Of a DNA stretch of 31,232 bases, positions 1-12,300 are shown one piece after another. How positions within the stretch are numbered: the stretch's first letter is position 1; each line of letters starts with the position of its first letter. The stretch is from Octopus sinensis (lineage: Eukaryota). The DNA lies in contig NW_021832336.1 in NCBI RefSeq assembly GCF_006345805.1, forward strand, positions 1 through 31,232. Direction: 5' to 3'. The notes beneath the pieces are model-generated. The model searched no databases, had not been told where the DNA came from, and worked only from the letters and a program-made list of their open reading frames with translations. The position numbers and the translations under genes are program-made.

Positions 1-408
1 AATTTGTGGATATATATTTTTTGTGAAAAGTGCTTCTTTGTTTCCCTGTCTCACAAAGAATTGTTTTTGCAAGTTACGGGCAACTCACATAATTAAAAAA
101 AGTATACCATTCGATGTAATTAAAAATTCTTTGGGATATTTTTCACAAATATTTCTAGCTTTTTTTGAAATCAAAAGGTATATTTTTAGGAATATGTACT
201 CTATAATTCCGTTAAAGATTTGATGCAATAAGACTTGGATGTCACGCCGATTATTTTAAATTATATGGATTACAACATGACGGAAGGCTATAAGGCTCGC
301 AAAAATCCTCTGTGCCCAACATCCAGATGGTCCTAAGAAAAGTTGTGTTGGGTAATTATAATTTGGGTTAACATGGATGTTTACGATGTCTTGTTTTTAT
401 CTCCTCGT

Positions 409-790
409 AATTATTATTATTTAAACCAAACAAAATCACCGTCTTAACCATTAACTATCACGTTCAGGTGATTCCGACACTTCTCAACAGTCGAGCCATC
501 TTTTTACGATGTTCCGACCGTGACCCCACACACTTTCTGTATGTACGGTGAATGGTTTGTGGTCCATTTCCACGATCCCCCCATTTGCCTCTACGAGAGA
601 CTCCAGTGTTCTATGGACAATTTCCCTATCGGTATGGTCCTTCAGTAGGTTGATAGATCTTTCTTGAATTTTTTCGATTTTTAGCCGATTCGTTGCCGCC
701 AGGTTACAGCCCCAAGCAGCACATGCATAGCCTATTGTTGGCTCGATATACTGCTTGTAAAGGGTCTCTACCCCTGGCGGATAAGTTCTC
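409..790 (-). mobile_element. 5'-truncated non-LTR retrotransposon (APE-RT LINE) 3' fragment with (TAA)n tail
   Basis: Minus strand reads (T)LYKQYIEPTIGYACAAWGCNLAATNRLKIEKIQER, the typical post-RT C-terminal region of LINE ORF2. It ends in a 3' UTR followed by TAATAATAAT, and the 3' end resembles the copy at 17233-17900. Confidence 0.75.
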
Positions 791-939
791 CCACAGTTCC
801 AAAGGAAGGCTTTTACAAAATTGATCTTCTTTGAAAAACAGAGGAAAATGATTCTTCTTTGTTAATTTTTTGGTTTTTCTTAACAATAAAAACAATTCAA
901 TTTTTAAAAAATAAGTCAAAACTATTAAAAAATATTTTT

Positions 940-1290
940 AAATCAAGTCTTCTTCCTAACGTTGTTTGCCAAGTATATAAAGCAGAGATTTTATGTTACG
1001 AGTTTTCAAGCTTATGATAAAATATACTATTAATTGGGAAAGTAGGTGTTCACATCATATATTTAGCATTTCCATATCTAAATGGATGTCGTAGGAAAAT
1101 TATTGCAATAACAGTAATGAATAAGTTTAGTAAAGATGTTTTGAAAAATAAAATGCTTAGATATTTGTGACTTTTATAAGCATAAAATACTCACATCAAA
1201 CACAATATTTACATATCGAGAACCACCAAAAGCAGGTTGCAAAGCTGAGCGATTTATAGTTAACAGATTCTCTTCAGTTGAATATAAATA
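940..1290 (-). CDS. Possible small spliced gene (unidentified, hydrophobic segment)
   Basis: Open stretches such as ...QPAFGGSRY and LFITVIAIIFLRHPFRYG are separated by candidate GT-AG mini-introns. No recognisable motif and the start is not resolved. Confidence 0.25.
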
Positions 1291-1358
1291 AATTAATTTA
1301 TTTATTCAAAAATATTAATTTATTTAAATTATCATAATCGTTCTTTGTTGTTGACATC

Positions 1359-1813
1359 ATGAATTTAAAGAAAAGGATTTATGACTTAATTCGATACCAT
1401 TTAGGATTGGTAGAACCAATAAAATCTCTTAGTCGTGTAGAAGTTTACCCTCCTGACGTAATAACACATACCGGACAAGTATAAATGAATATTTTATTAC
1501 AGCAATACGGAACCAAAGACTACAGAATGTCAAGATTTGTAAACAGAACTAAATTAGTTTATTACTATTAAATATAATTGCCAAGGTAAATAAAAATCCA
1601 GCCTCTGAAATGATATCACAAGTCCCTACAATTTATTGTCAGAGTCGAGTTGTCAGCTGTGATGGAGGCGGTGGGTCTTTAGGCCATCCGAGGATCTTCA
1701 TTAACCTTGTTTATATTTTTAAATAATGTCTACTTAAGGATTCTGGTAAGGAATGTGTTTGTGGGTATTGTGGACTTCGTTATTATTATTCAACTAGCTC
1801 AACTAAAAACTAA
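1359..1813 (+). CDS. NDUFS6: NADH dehydrogenase (complex I) iron-sulfur protein 6, zf-CHCC; 4 exons
   Basis: Spliced translation: MNLKKRIYD...VITHTGQ|QYGTKDYRMSRFVNRTKL|VNKNPASEMISQVPTIYCQSRVVSCDGGGGSLGHPRIFINL|DSGKECVCGYCGLRYYYSTSSTKN*. Three phase-0 GT-AG introns of 24, 29 and 30 nt. Confidence 0.95.
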
Positions 1814-1960
1814 TTTTACTTAAATTAATTTTTCTGACTCTTTTTTTGTGTTTTTATTATTGTTAAGATAACGGGGATTTCATTAGTCGCTATTCCGTTG
1901 GAGGGTAACCATTGAAATGAGATTAAAGTAATCATAAAATTATGATTAATTAAATTTAAA

Positions 1961-2642
1961 TTAATCATTTATTATTAAATGAGATTGTATTAATCTTACT
2001 AAAGAATCAATGTCAGGACTTTCGGTATCATTTGAAATCACAAAGTCCCAATCTACACCTTCGTCCAATCCACACTCAGATTCTGAATCATCGACACCAA
2101 AAAATATTTTTTAATTAATTTACCTGCGACAAAATTCCATCCACGAAGACGACGGGTGATTAAAGAAGCTTCAATACGGATTTTTTTAATTTTCATTTTA
2201 CCAAAATATGTATCAAAAAACTCAATATCTGATTTCCTACGCGAATCGCAAATAACCCAAACAAAACAACAAGATTGTGGATCTATGGAAATGAGATTTT
2301 TTAAGTCAAACAGTTAAATAATTGTCGGGCAAAATATCCCGGGTCAGTCATTCTTTTATTTTCGCCCCAGCTGATCATAGCCTTTCTGTAGTTTTCTTTA
2401 TACTCCGAACAAGTCAATAATTCTGAAAAATTAAGATTGTGAATCTATTTTAAAATGGTAAAAGTTTTTACTTTTGCATATTCTTTTTTTAATGGGCCAG
2501 ATAATCTCATTATTGCAATTTTTGTTGGAAATCTAAATTTTAAGTTTATTTTTGTTTACCTTTGCTCTAGCAATGATGCAATGTAGTCCTTTCCAGATTT
2601 TCTTTTTCCACTTAAAATTATTATCAGTTTAACATGGTCCAT
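1961..2642 (-). CDS. PMVK: Phosphomevalonate kinase, animal type; 5 exons
   Basis: MDHVKLIIILSGKRKSGKDYIASLLEQR|...MRLSGPLKKEYAK|IHNLNF...YKENYRKAMISWGENKRMTDPGYFARQ...WVICDSRRKSDIEFF...RRLRGWNFVA|GVDDSESECGLD. P-loop GKRKSGKD and GVDDxESECGLD motifs are present. Introns are 26-29 nt. Confidence 0.93.
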
Positions 2643-2729
2643 TTTTATTTTTTAAAAGTGACTAGTAACACATTTAAAATTAAATTCAACAAATTAAATA
2701 AAATTTAATATTATAAAATTCAATAAAAA

Positions 2730-3500
2730 TGGTTCAGAAAATAATTTGTTAACGAGATAATTCGCTGGTTCCTTCAAACAGTTCATCACTAATCACAAAA
2801 AGAGGCCTAATAAGATGACTACTTTAGATCTGGACACAACGTCCACAAATACTTATTTGACCATAAACCTGCAATCATTTTATTCTGAACTCATAACTTT
2901 TTAAAAGTAGAAAAAATTAGAATCAAGAAGTATACTGATGTTGTTGATACCAAAACATTTATCGCTTTGGAATGTTTTGCATTCGGGGAACTTATGTGCG
3001 GAACTTAATCAAAAGGATTTAAAAATGAATGGGAAAATCTCCAGAAACACACTGGAACACTAGGGTCTGATCGTAGAATACAAATACGGTTATCAAATAT
3101 ACCTCACTCGACAAACGCATTTACCAAGAATGGAAATTCACCTACGAGATGACGAGATTCTATAATATATGGACATTAAATGGTTGATAAAAATAATTCC
3201 ACCTAAATCTAAATTTCGAAAACTCCAGATCGTTTAAAAATAGGACGTACTTTTTTTGCATTCTAATAATTATGTTCAAGAACGGGAATATTCGTCTCCA
3301 AGACCCGTGTTTCGTTATTTTTGTCACTTCCAGCAACAGATAAACACCTGTTGTTTTTCTAGATCTCTTACGAGTTTAAGTTTTCTGTACATTGGATTAA
3401 GTCTTCTAACGTTTAGGGTGCCAATGGGCTGCCGGATACCAAGCTTGAGAAAGACATTTGTGCAAGAGAATATTTTTACTGTTCGACTAATCTTACATTT
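2730..3500. other. Unassigned, probably coding/spliced region between PMVK and CENPJ
   Basis: The minus strand has candidate mini-introns joining ...FLKLEDLIQCTENLNSCLSVAGSDKNNETRVLETNIPVLEH. The plus strand has a weak LSLPAT (hAT dimerisation-like) hint. Neither reading is decisive. Confidence 0.25.
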
Positions 3501-3665
3501 ACAAAAAAATTTTAATATTTTTTTAATTAATTTTAAATTAATAGTTTTTATTTGAATTTTGGAAATTTCTAAGGAAACAAATCGCGATTGGTTTACTTAT
3601 TATTATAATAAAAAAACTATTGTAAATAAATCTATAATTGAAAACTTGTTTATTCAAAATTATTT

Positions 3666-5963
3666 ATGAATGATAGAATGGAAACTGAGAATAAATCAAA
3701 TTTATTCAATCATATGAAACAAATGGAAAAAGACAACATTGTAGAACAACAAGATCTTATTTCAGAACAAAAAAACCAATTAAATATTTTACAAAATGTC
3801 CGACAAAAATACTTTTTTAAAGGTTTATATTTATTTAGAAAATTTAAGAAATTATTACCCAGGAAGATTTAAGCCATAGTGATGACTCGTCTGGAGTCAA
3901 AAAATCGGAAATTATTGCAGATAATTCTAACGTAGAAAACAAAATAGACGACATTGCAGTGGGTAAAAACTAACATGATTCAATTCTTAAGGCTCGTCAA
4001 AAACATTCGAAGAGATGATTGAACAAGAACTGAAAGTTATTTATTAAAATTTTAAATAATAAAGAAAGAACAAAATAAACAAGAACAATTTCCGAAAACC
4101 AAAAAATATCCATTTCTAAAAAAAGGCGAAGGTCTCAAACGATTTGAGGGAAAAAAGAGCTCTCCCATCAAAATTAAAAAACCTTCGTCTAAAAGTGATT
4201 ACTCAACATGTTCTTCTAATAATTTTACCGAATCCAAAAATGAAATCTCGAGTATTAACGGTTGATATAATAAATTTCTAAATTTGTTTTCAGAAACTGA
4301 TAAAGATGAAATACAAAAGGTAAATATTATATTTTTAATATAAGGATCTAAAAGAATTTGAAGCAATGGAAGATATATTGGATAGTGTATCATTCGTATC
4401 ATTGACTCCATCCGTAGCTTCAAAAATTCATAAAATGACTCAAGACAGAGTTATTTGTATCTAATTTGATTTTTTTAGATTTCTAGAGAAATATCAGTCA
4501 AAAATTACAATAGTTCGAACTACAGTGATCACAAAAAGGCAGTTTCAATAAAGAACGAAGAGCCATCAAGCGATTGCAACAGTTTTGAAAGCCAAAGTGA
4601 TCAGGATACTACGCTGACTGATATGAGAAAAATTCAGAAGCCAAAATCTTCTTCCGCTATTGTGAAACGTTTTTTTCCACAAATTGACGACGACGAAAAA
4701 TCTATAAAACATCGGCATGATAAGCCTGAATCCAAAAAAATAGTTGCAAACGATACGAAATTAATCGAACAAATGGAACTGCTGGAAACCGAGCAGCAAA
4801 AACTAAATAAGACAAATGACGAACTTCAATCAATTAAAAGAAGTAAACAGCAAGTTTGTGGAACAAATTATTTATTTAACAGGAGCTGAGTCGTTTAAAA
4901 CGGGAAATCGCAATGTTTGAAAAAGAGAGAGACGCAGAGTTGCTTCGATTAAAAAATTACAAAGAAACTGAAATGAATAAAATCAAGTAATCACAAAATC
5001 ATATTATTTCAAATAGAAAGGAAAGAAAACAATTTGATTCTTGGATTAAAACACAGCGAGATACCCCAATTAGATCAGAACGTCAAAAAATTGAAGACCT
5101 TGAACACCAAGTATTTAATTAAATTAAGATTTAAAAGATTAAAGAAAATCAAAACATTTATCAAAAGAAGAAAAAAGATGGGAATTTTAGTTTGATAAGA
5201 CAAAAGGACAAATGATTTTCTAGAGCAACAAAATGACGAACTGAAACAGGAAATAAAAATTTGTAAAAGATTTCGCTGTCAAAAAGGTAAATTTTTTACT
5301 TTATTTTTAGAAGATTTAACATAAGAAAAGAATATAATTAAGCAAACCGAATTATGTGATAAAGCAAATAAATCTATTGATCACACTTACAACCAGCTTC
5401 AAACGAAATCTAACGCAATCACCTTTTCTAACGGAACTAAAAAAATATCAAGGACAATGGGAGCTCATGCTCAATTCATTACTTTAATGGTGATGAAAAG
5501 CACAAATTTAAAGAAAAATAAGTGGTTAATATCACAATTTATATCTATTCTGAAGGTTTATTATTACTCCGAAACAGGATCAATTCAAATTACTTTACCA
5601 AATGGTGTGGAGATAACCTCATTTGCAAAGTAATGCTTCGCTATACATATGTTCAAAGTGGACAGGTAGAACGGAGATGGAAAGATGGAGGAACAGACAT
5701 ATTATTTCCTGATAGAAGCTCGAAATTTATATACAAAGACAGAAAACAGATAATGATACAAAATGATGATACTTTTATTCGGGATCTCTCTGGGGGTACA
5801 AGAATTGTTCATTTTCCTAGCGGCCGTACTGAAATTAACTGTGATAATGTAAAAGTAAGTTATTTTAAATATTAATAATAAATAGAAGAGAATCGATCCC
5901 GATGGTAAAATAAAAATTATTAAACCAGAAAAATACGCTGAAAAATCTGAAATTTCAAAATAA
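3666..5963 (+). CDS. CENPJ: Centromere protein J / SAS-4 / CPAP (centriole protein), multi-exon
   Basis: Conserved motifs IDDIAVG..KTFEEMIEQEL and YPFLKKGEGLKRF; coiled coil ELSRLKREIAMFEKE...KERKQFD; C-terminal TCP (Tcp10_C) repeats FSNGTKK...YFNGDEK, VYYYSETG, FANGQVERRWKDG, FPSGRTE, KRIDPDGKIK. About ten introns of 23-34 nt. At least one homopolymer frameshift near 5440. Confidence 0.9.
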
Positions 5964-6117
5964 AATGTTTAAACTGATCTACTTTTGTTCTTAAATGAGA
6001 TTTTTCAAATTTTTTAGTTTATCTAAAATACAAGACTAACTTATTATATTTCTATGCATTGATAGCTGTTAACCATTTTCATCAAAAAATAAACCCAATC
6101 TAAATTGGCTGTTATAA

Positions 6118-6309
6118 TTAAAAAACGTAGAAAGACATTGAATAGAATGCCAATATTTAAAAATTTGGTTCACGATAAAATCAAGATTCAAAAAATATTA
6201 TTTATGGTCTATAATAAATTTAGAAATATGTCGAAGAGTCATAATTTTATATTTCATATTTTAAAAAACGTAGAAAGACATTGAATAGAATGGCAATATT
6301 TCAAAATTT
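6118..6309 (+). repeat. 49-bp direct repeat, two copies (6118-6166 and 6261-6309)
   Basis: TTAAAAAACGTAGAAAGACATTGAATAGAATG(C/G)CAATATTT(A/C)AAAATTT occurs twice with 2 mismatches, between the convergent 3' ends of CENPJ and the SPG11-like gene. Confidence 0.9.
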
Positions 6310-9300
6310 TAAAAATAATTAAATAATCCAGACAATTAATATTACGTATCTTATCCTTAGTATTGGCCTTGGGAACAAGCAAACAAGAAAAAAACTCATT
6401 CAAAAAAGTTTTTCTTTGAAGAGTGAAGTGTATTCGTTAGGAGCTCCAAACGAAACCCTTGTAAAATTAAAAATAAAATTGAAAAAAATATTTTAATATT
6501 AAATAATTTTTAAAGAAATTCAGGAAATAAATTATTAATTGAAGGATAGATAAAATGATATTCTTTGAGATTTTGTTGATGAACGTAGCGAACATAATCT
6601 TCAAGGCACATCCTTTAACGTCAATAGACACGAAAACCTGGTCAAACCACGAACATGTTCCATATTCGAATTAATTTGCACAAAATTTAAATAATCTTCA
6701 GCATTCATCATCGATATCTATTGTTTACAAATATAATTATTACTTTATAGGGAGTATTCATTTCTTCTGGACCAAATGTAATCAGATAAGAAATTATTTT
6801 AGCATTTTCAACATCAATGCCATCAAAATCCACTTTAATTACTGTTTCCTCGACGATTTGATTTGTAATCAAACTTAATAACTCTAAAAATACAAATAAA
6901 ACCGAAAAAGATTGAATTCCTTCATTTTTGAACACGTGTTGATACTGAAATTCAAAATGAGCGAGTTTAAGATCAATTCTAATCGAGAAAAATCTATTTG
7001 AATTTTTTGCAATCCGAAAGATTGGATAGGACGAGAACACATGGTTATTTTCCAATAAACAAGTCTACTAAGGAGGAAATAAAAAATTCAAGTCTAAAAT
7101 AAAAAATATAATTTATACTGTTTGCTTATAATTTGCCCACATTTATACATTGAAAGTGTTCCTGAAATAGTTTCTTCAAAATAGTCCTCTAGTTGATTTA
7201 TAAAACCTGATTTCTGAACGACGGGATCAATTTTTCCATTAAAACTAAAAAACAGTTCAGAACAAGTCAAAAACCTCGAATAATTAGACAATTTCATTCC
7301 CATAAATATAATTCTTACTTTACTGGCAAAAATTGACATTAAAATACTTATCTCCTCTTCAACGTGTAAATACAGTGTCTAAATAATAAATATTATAATA
7401 CTTTATTAGCGGCTAGTATAATCGAGATAACCTCACTCGAAATATCATCTTTAAAACTTTCAATAGTCTAAAGATAAAATAATCCGAATTAAAATCTGAC
7501 CTTATTTATAAGACAGTATAAATCATAAACAAAGTTTAGAGTGGCTATATGTAGATTCTGTAATTTAGAAGACCGAGGCGAAGAAACATCACCAATCATA
7601 TCAATACACTTTAAAATAAATTAATATATAAACATATTTATCCATTTTAGAACGAATGAAATTAATATTTTTGGATATTACGTTTTCTGCAATGAGCTTA
7701 GACAACCTGGTCGACCCCAAATACTCATTTTTGCAATCTCTTATTTGTCTATATTTAATTTATTTTATAAATATAAAATCAGCAAAAAAGCAAAAATTAC
7801 TTTTTTAATTCCCCAAAAATGCTGTTGATATCATCAGTAGTATAACATGAACCAAAACGTTTGTCAATAAACGTAGTATTTATAAGATTATTCAATTTTT
7901 TAAATTTTCTTGATAAATATGACCCCTCTACTAATTTGAAAACACCAAAGACCGGTTCTTCCAACCTATAATGTTTTAAATATACAGAAAATACATCGAT
8001 AATAAAAACGACTCCTTAAATTCATTTTCTTTAATAACTAATGAAAAACCAATTTCTTTTGTCGATTTCATTTTTGCCAAATTATTACAATTCATATGAA
8101 TCAAAGTTTTTTCAACAAACTCAAATATGCATTTATGGATCATTGCATATTGTTTCTCAATGTAATCCTTTAAAAGTGGATCTTTTAAAATATTTAATAA
8201 AAAACGACCTTTAAAAGCCTTTTTTAAGATCAGAGACAAATCTACGCACAGTTTTTGTACAACTTTAAACTTGAGACTCAGATCATAAGATTGCAGGACC
8301 TCAACAGCCTGACAAATATTTTACGTAACATGAAACTTGAAAATATGTCAAGGAATCACCTGAAATGCTCTCAAAGTATAAAATTAAGCATTTCTCAAGT
8401 AAATCAGCCTAAAATATATTTTATTGACACAAAACAATTTTCCAGACAGTCAAAGCTTCTTTGAATATTTTTTCAAATTCAATTAAACAATTATTCCGAT
8501 TTACTTTACTATTAAAACAAATTAAAAACCTTTTTCTGGATTTTCAACCAAAAATGTTGTATTAGTTGAAAACTTTGTGAATAAATCTTGTATAAAAGAA
8601 GGCAAAACATGCCCCAGTTTGACCATCAGTGTTTTTATTCCGAAAAGAACCAAAGATTGGTCCTTTTTAATAGAAACTTAACTCAAACCTCTTTCAAAAC
8701 CCCATTTGTAATGATATCAAGGGCACTTTGTATTATAAACTCGCGGGTATCAGATAAGTGTTGTTTTAGTTCAGAAACTAATAATATATTCTCCAATTTT
8801 ATATCCTCCAAAAGCACATCTAAATCATTTTTCAATCAAAAAAACACAACCTGTTTTTGACAATTCGGAAACTGCGGATAAAAGAGAGGATGAATCTCCT
8901 GAACGAAATTGTGCGATGAACCCATCAATGATCACAATATTTGTAACCAGTGCATTAATTCTGCGTAAAATAGAGCAATATTCCTAAAATTTTTTAAATA
9001 GTACAACATGTGCTCGGGAAAGAACGAGGTTTGAATGGCTCAAAAGTCCATATAGATCATTACTTCTTTGGTAAGAACTAAAATGTCAGAATATAATAAC
9101 TGAAAAAACGAAGATTTTAAAGTTTCGGAGCAATTTTTTAATGTTATCAACTCGTCTAAAAATATTTTTATATTTATTACCTTCAATGTTTTCAAGTTTT
9201 AGTGCGTGTGCTATTAATTCTGATTCGTTGTTTTGTATCTTTAATTTTATGACGGATTATTTACTTCTTTGTGAATTTCCTTGTCGATTATATTTATTGT

Positions 9301-12300
9301 GCTTGCCAGGTCTGACAAATAGATAGAAATTTTTCCCGACTTTATTGCTTCTTCGATAAATTGATCTTTGTTAAATTTTTCATCAGTTAAGTCATTTAAA
9401 ATTTCTAGACTTTTATATATAACAAGATTTACTTTTTGCATTAAGACTCATTGAGAACGTCACAAGAATATTATTAAAAAATTCAAAAAATTATATCTTA
9501 TTTTAAAATTATTTAAATCTTTAAGTATATTGCCTAAAAATTCATTTCAAACCTGCAAATCAAAATTTGATAAAAACACCAGCGTTTTATGCCCCAATAT
9601 CTCCGATGCCTTCGGTCATTTCTGTGTAACAATTAATTTTAACATCGCTATATAAAAACTATTACAGGTTTTAGACTTTCGAACCCGTAGAAAAATATAT
9701 ATTTCAGATCGATTGTATTGTTTCCAAAATAAAAGATAAACCAATTTTCAATGATTCGATAAATTGTGAAAGACTAAATTTTGGCAATAATTATAGAATT
9801 GTCACTGTAATTATCTATTTTGAAATTGGTAGTTGAACTTATTGAAGATGCTTTTTATCAACACAATCAAGTGGCCAACTTGCAAGACCAGGAAAGAAGT
9901 AAATGACAGAAAACCTAGACTTATCAGTGAAACTACAAGCAGATCATTATAACTGTGCATCAAATTTATCAGAAAAATAGGAATCAAACCCAATAAAAGT
10001 GATAATCAATTGGATATAAACTTTGGAAAGATCAAATAATGCTCAAACATACGATTCATTTTACTTTTTGAGCGAAAATAAAGTCAACGGTTCATTTGAA
10101 AAATATAATACCATTATCAGTCACCTTATTTTTGAATTGGAAAAACGTTCCAAGGTTTATTAAAATTAAGTTCACTTTAAGAATTTTGATGAAATTTTGA
10201 CCTCAATTAAAATTTTTGCAGCGCCATACAATATAGATCCTAAGAATGCTCCCTCATCACTCTAATTAGAATTAATAGACCTTCAATCAGATGTGGAATT
10301 TACTTAAATTGTAAAGATTGAAAATATGATGGAATTTATAGTTCACTTCCAAAAAAATATCCGAATATACTTATAAATGCTTATAAATATGCTTCAATGT
10401 TTGGATAAACTTATTTATATGAGTTAATTTTCAGTAAAATGATTCACATGAAAAATAAATAACGCAATAAATTGACTGATCACTTATGTCAACTGTTGCA
10501 TGTGCCTCCTATATTCCGTGTTATGACAAATTAGTTACCAATTGGTTAAAAATTAATGAAAGTTTCCAATTAATTTATTTTGCTGTCCGGAAGAGAATGG
10601 TTAATTGTCGATTTGGCCCGGCGTTAAAAAACTTGAGAAACTCTTGATTAGATGATTTCGCAGTCTGCTAGACTGCGTACGCAGACAGGTTAGTTCCGAT
10701 ACATATATGAATTCAGTTGAACTTTAAATTAAGTTTATTCTGTAGATAAAGTTAACTTTTCTGTTTCAAACAGAAAGCCAGTTATAACAGTCAAATTAAA
10801 GACAAGAAAAGATTACAGAATGATTTCTCTACGACAATTCCCAATTTAAATAATTTCAAATTCGGATGCCAACAGGTTATATAATATGCATTTTCTCCGC
10901 TTTTGTAAATTTCAAATAACTCTACTAGATTATCACAATGTCGATGACAGCATCGTATTTCTCTTTTTGGAAAACCTTCTCAAAAATCTATATAGTTACC
11001 GCAGGAATCAGATCCAGATATTTAAAAAAAATTTACAAAATACAAAATATTTTTACAATAGTTATCTCTATTTTCTTTGACTTTGTAAATAACCTTTATC
11101 AAAAATTATGCTTGAAGTCTGAACATGTGAAAAGAACATGACATTTCAAAAGTGGAGCTACCAAAAATGATGTGACAATGGCTTCGTTGAAAATATGTCA
11201 TTTTATTGCATCACACATGAAGCCGTATACTGATGGAGAATTATTCAAAAAGGCAATACAGATATTTGCCAATGAATGTTGTTCTACCACAATACATGAC
11301 GTTGCCAGAAAATTAACACTAAGCAATGATACTGTTACGAGAAAAATTCAATTAATATCAGAAAATATTAATTATCCAAAAACTCATTACGCATCAGCAG
11401 TGGCTGCACTTCGGATTGCAAGCGAGTTACCGGCTTGGAAAATATAAAAATATATAAAATATTTTTTGTGCGGCCCGCGAAGCTAATCTTAATTATCGAT
11501 TTGGCCCTTGAGCTAAAAAGGTTGAGAACCCCTGGTTTAGATTGTATTGTCTACTTTGAGGAAATTTTGATAGTAAAACTTGCTGACAATTTTGTCCCAA
11601 TACCATAACAAAAGTAAATATTTTTGAGAATGTCCTACATTTTCATTGTTAATACACAATTTCTTTCAAGCATTGGTAGAGAGATTTTAGCTTAATGCCC
11701 AGAGCTTTCTCAAAAATCTATTTTCTGGAAAAGATTGCAGAGTCTAGAAACTTTAAATATTCATTATTTTTATTAATCTTAATATTAAATGGATCTTTTT
11801 TATTATAACAACCTGAATTGTTTTCTGTTGCCAATTATAGTAGTATTGCCTTCACCTTCAATCTAGAAACTGTAGGCATCTTCTGAGAACTTTAAGAGGT
11901 CTTACTTTATTGTAATGAGATTTCTATCAAAAACGTGGCTATATAAAGAAAAGGTCGGTTTCCCGTCATGCCGTCATTATTTATATTAATCAAATTAAAG
12001 AGTTCTTAAAATATTTGTGATTTTAAATTTTTTTTCATGAGATTGTGAATTACAGTTGTACTGACGATTTTATTAACATATATTAAGAAATCTGATTTTT
12101 CTATATTTTATGGCTAACTTTAAGATCATTATTGAAGAAGCATTAGTATCTATTTGAAACACGACTATTTAATCTTCTATATACGCAAAACAGTTAAAAA
12201 TTGATATCAAAAAGTATATGATTCTAAAAGTAGCTGATAGACTGGAATGAAATAATTATTTTCCTTTGAGAATAACTTTAGAAATGTTGATCCCGGATTT

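Noticed and set aside
1-400. Possible host exons on the minus strand (..WMLGTEDFCEPYSLPSCC.., ..IFNYIEWYTFFNY..) and ORF 23-223
   Set aside because: No consistent spliced frame or recognisable motif, and the region is cut by the window edge. ORF 23-223 is probably a shadow.
1861-1925. GC-richer patch between NDUFS6 and PMVK as a possible small RNA
   Set aside because: No tRNA/snRNA fold or box motifs recognised; it may simply be overlapping 3' UTRs.
3666-5963. Ciliate-type stop-codon reassignment to explain fragmented ORFs
   Set aside because: In-frame TAA/TAG disappear once mini-introns are removed, and the genes end in TAA, so the standard code suffices.
8588-9326. Plus-strand ORFs 8255-8464, 8588-8860 and 9141-9326, and similar short ORFs (20144, 26383, 29878 minus)
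   Set aside because: They are antisense shadows of the spliced SPG11-like gene or of transposase genes, with no independent motifs.
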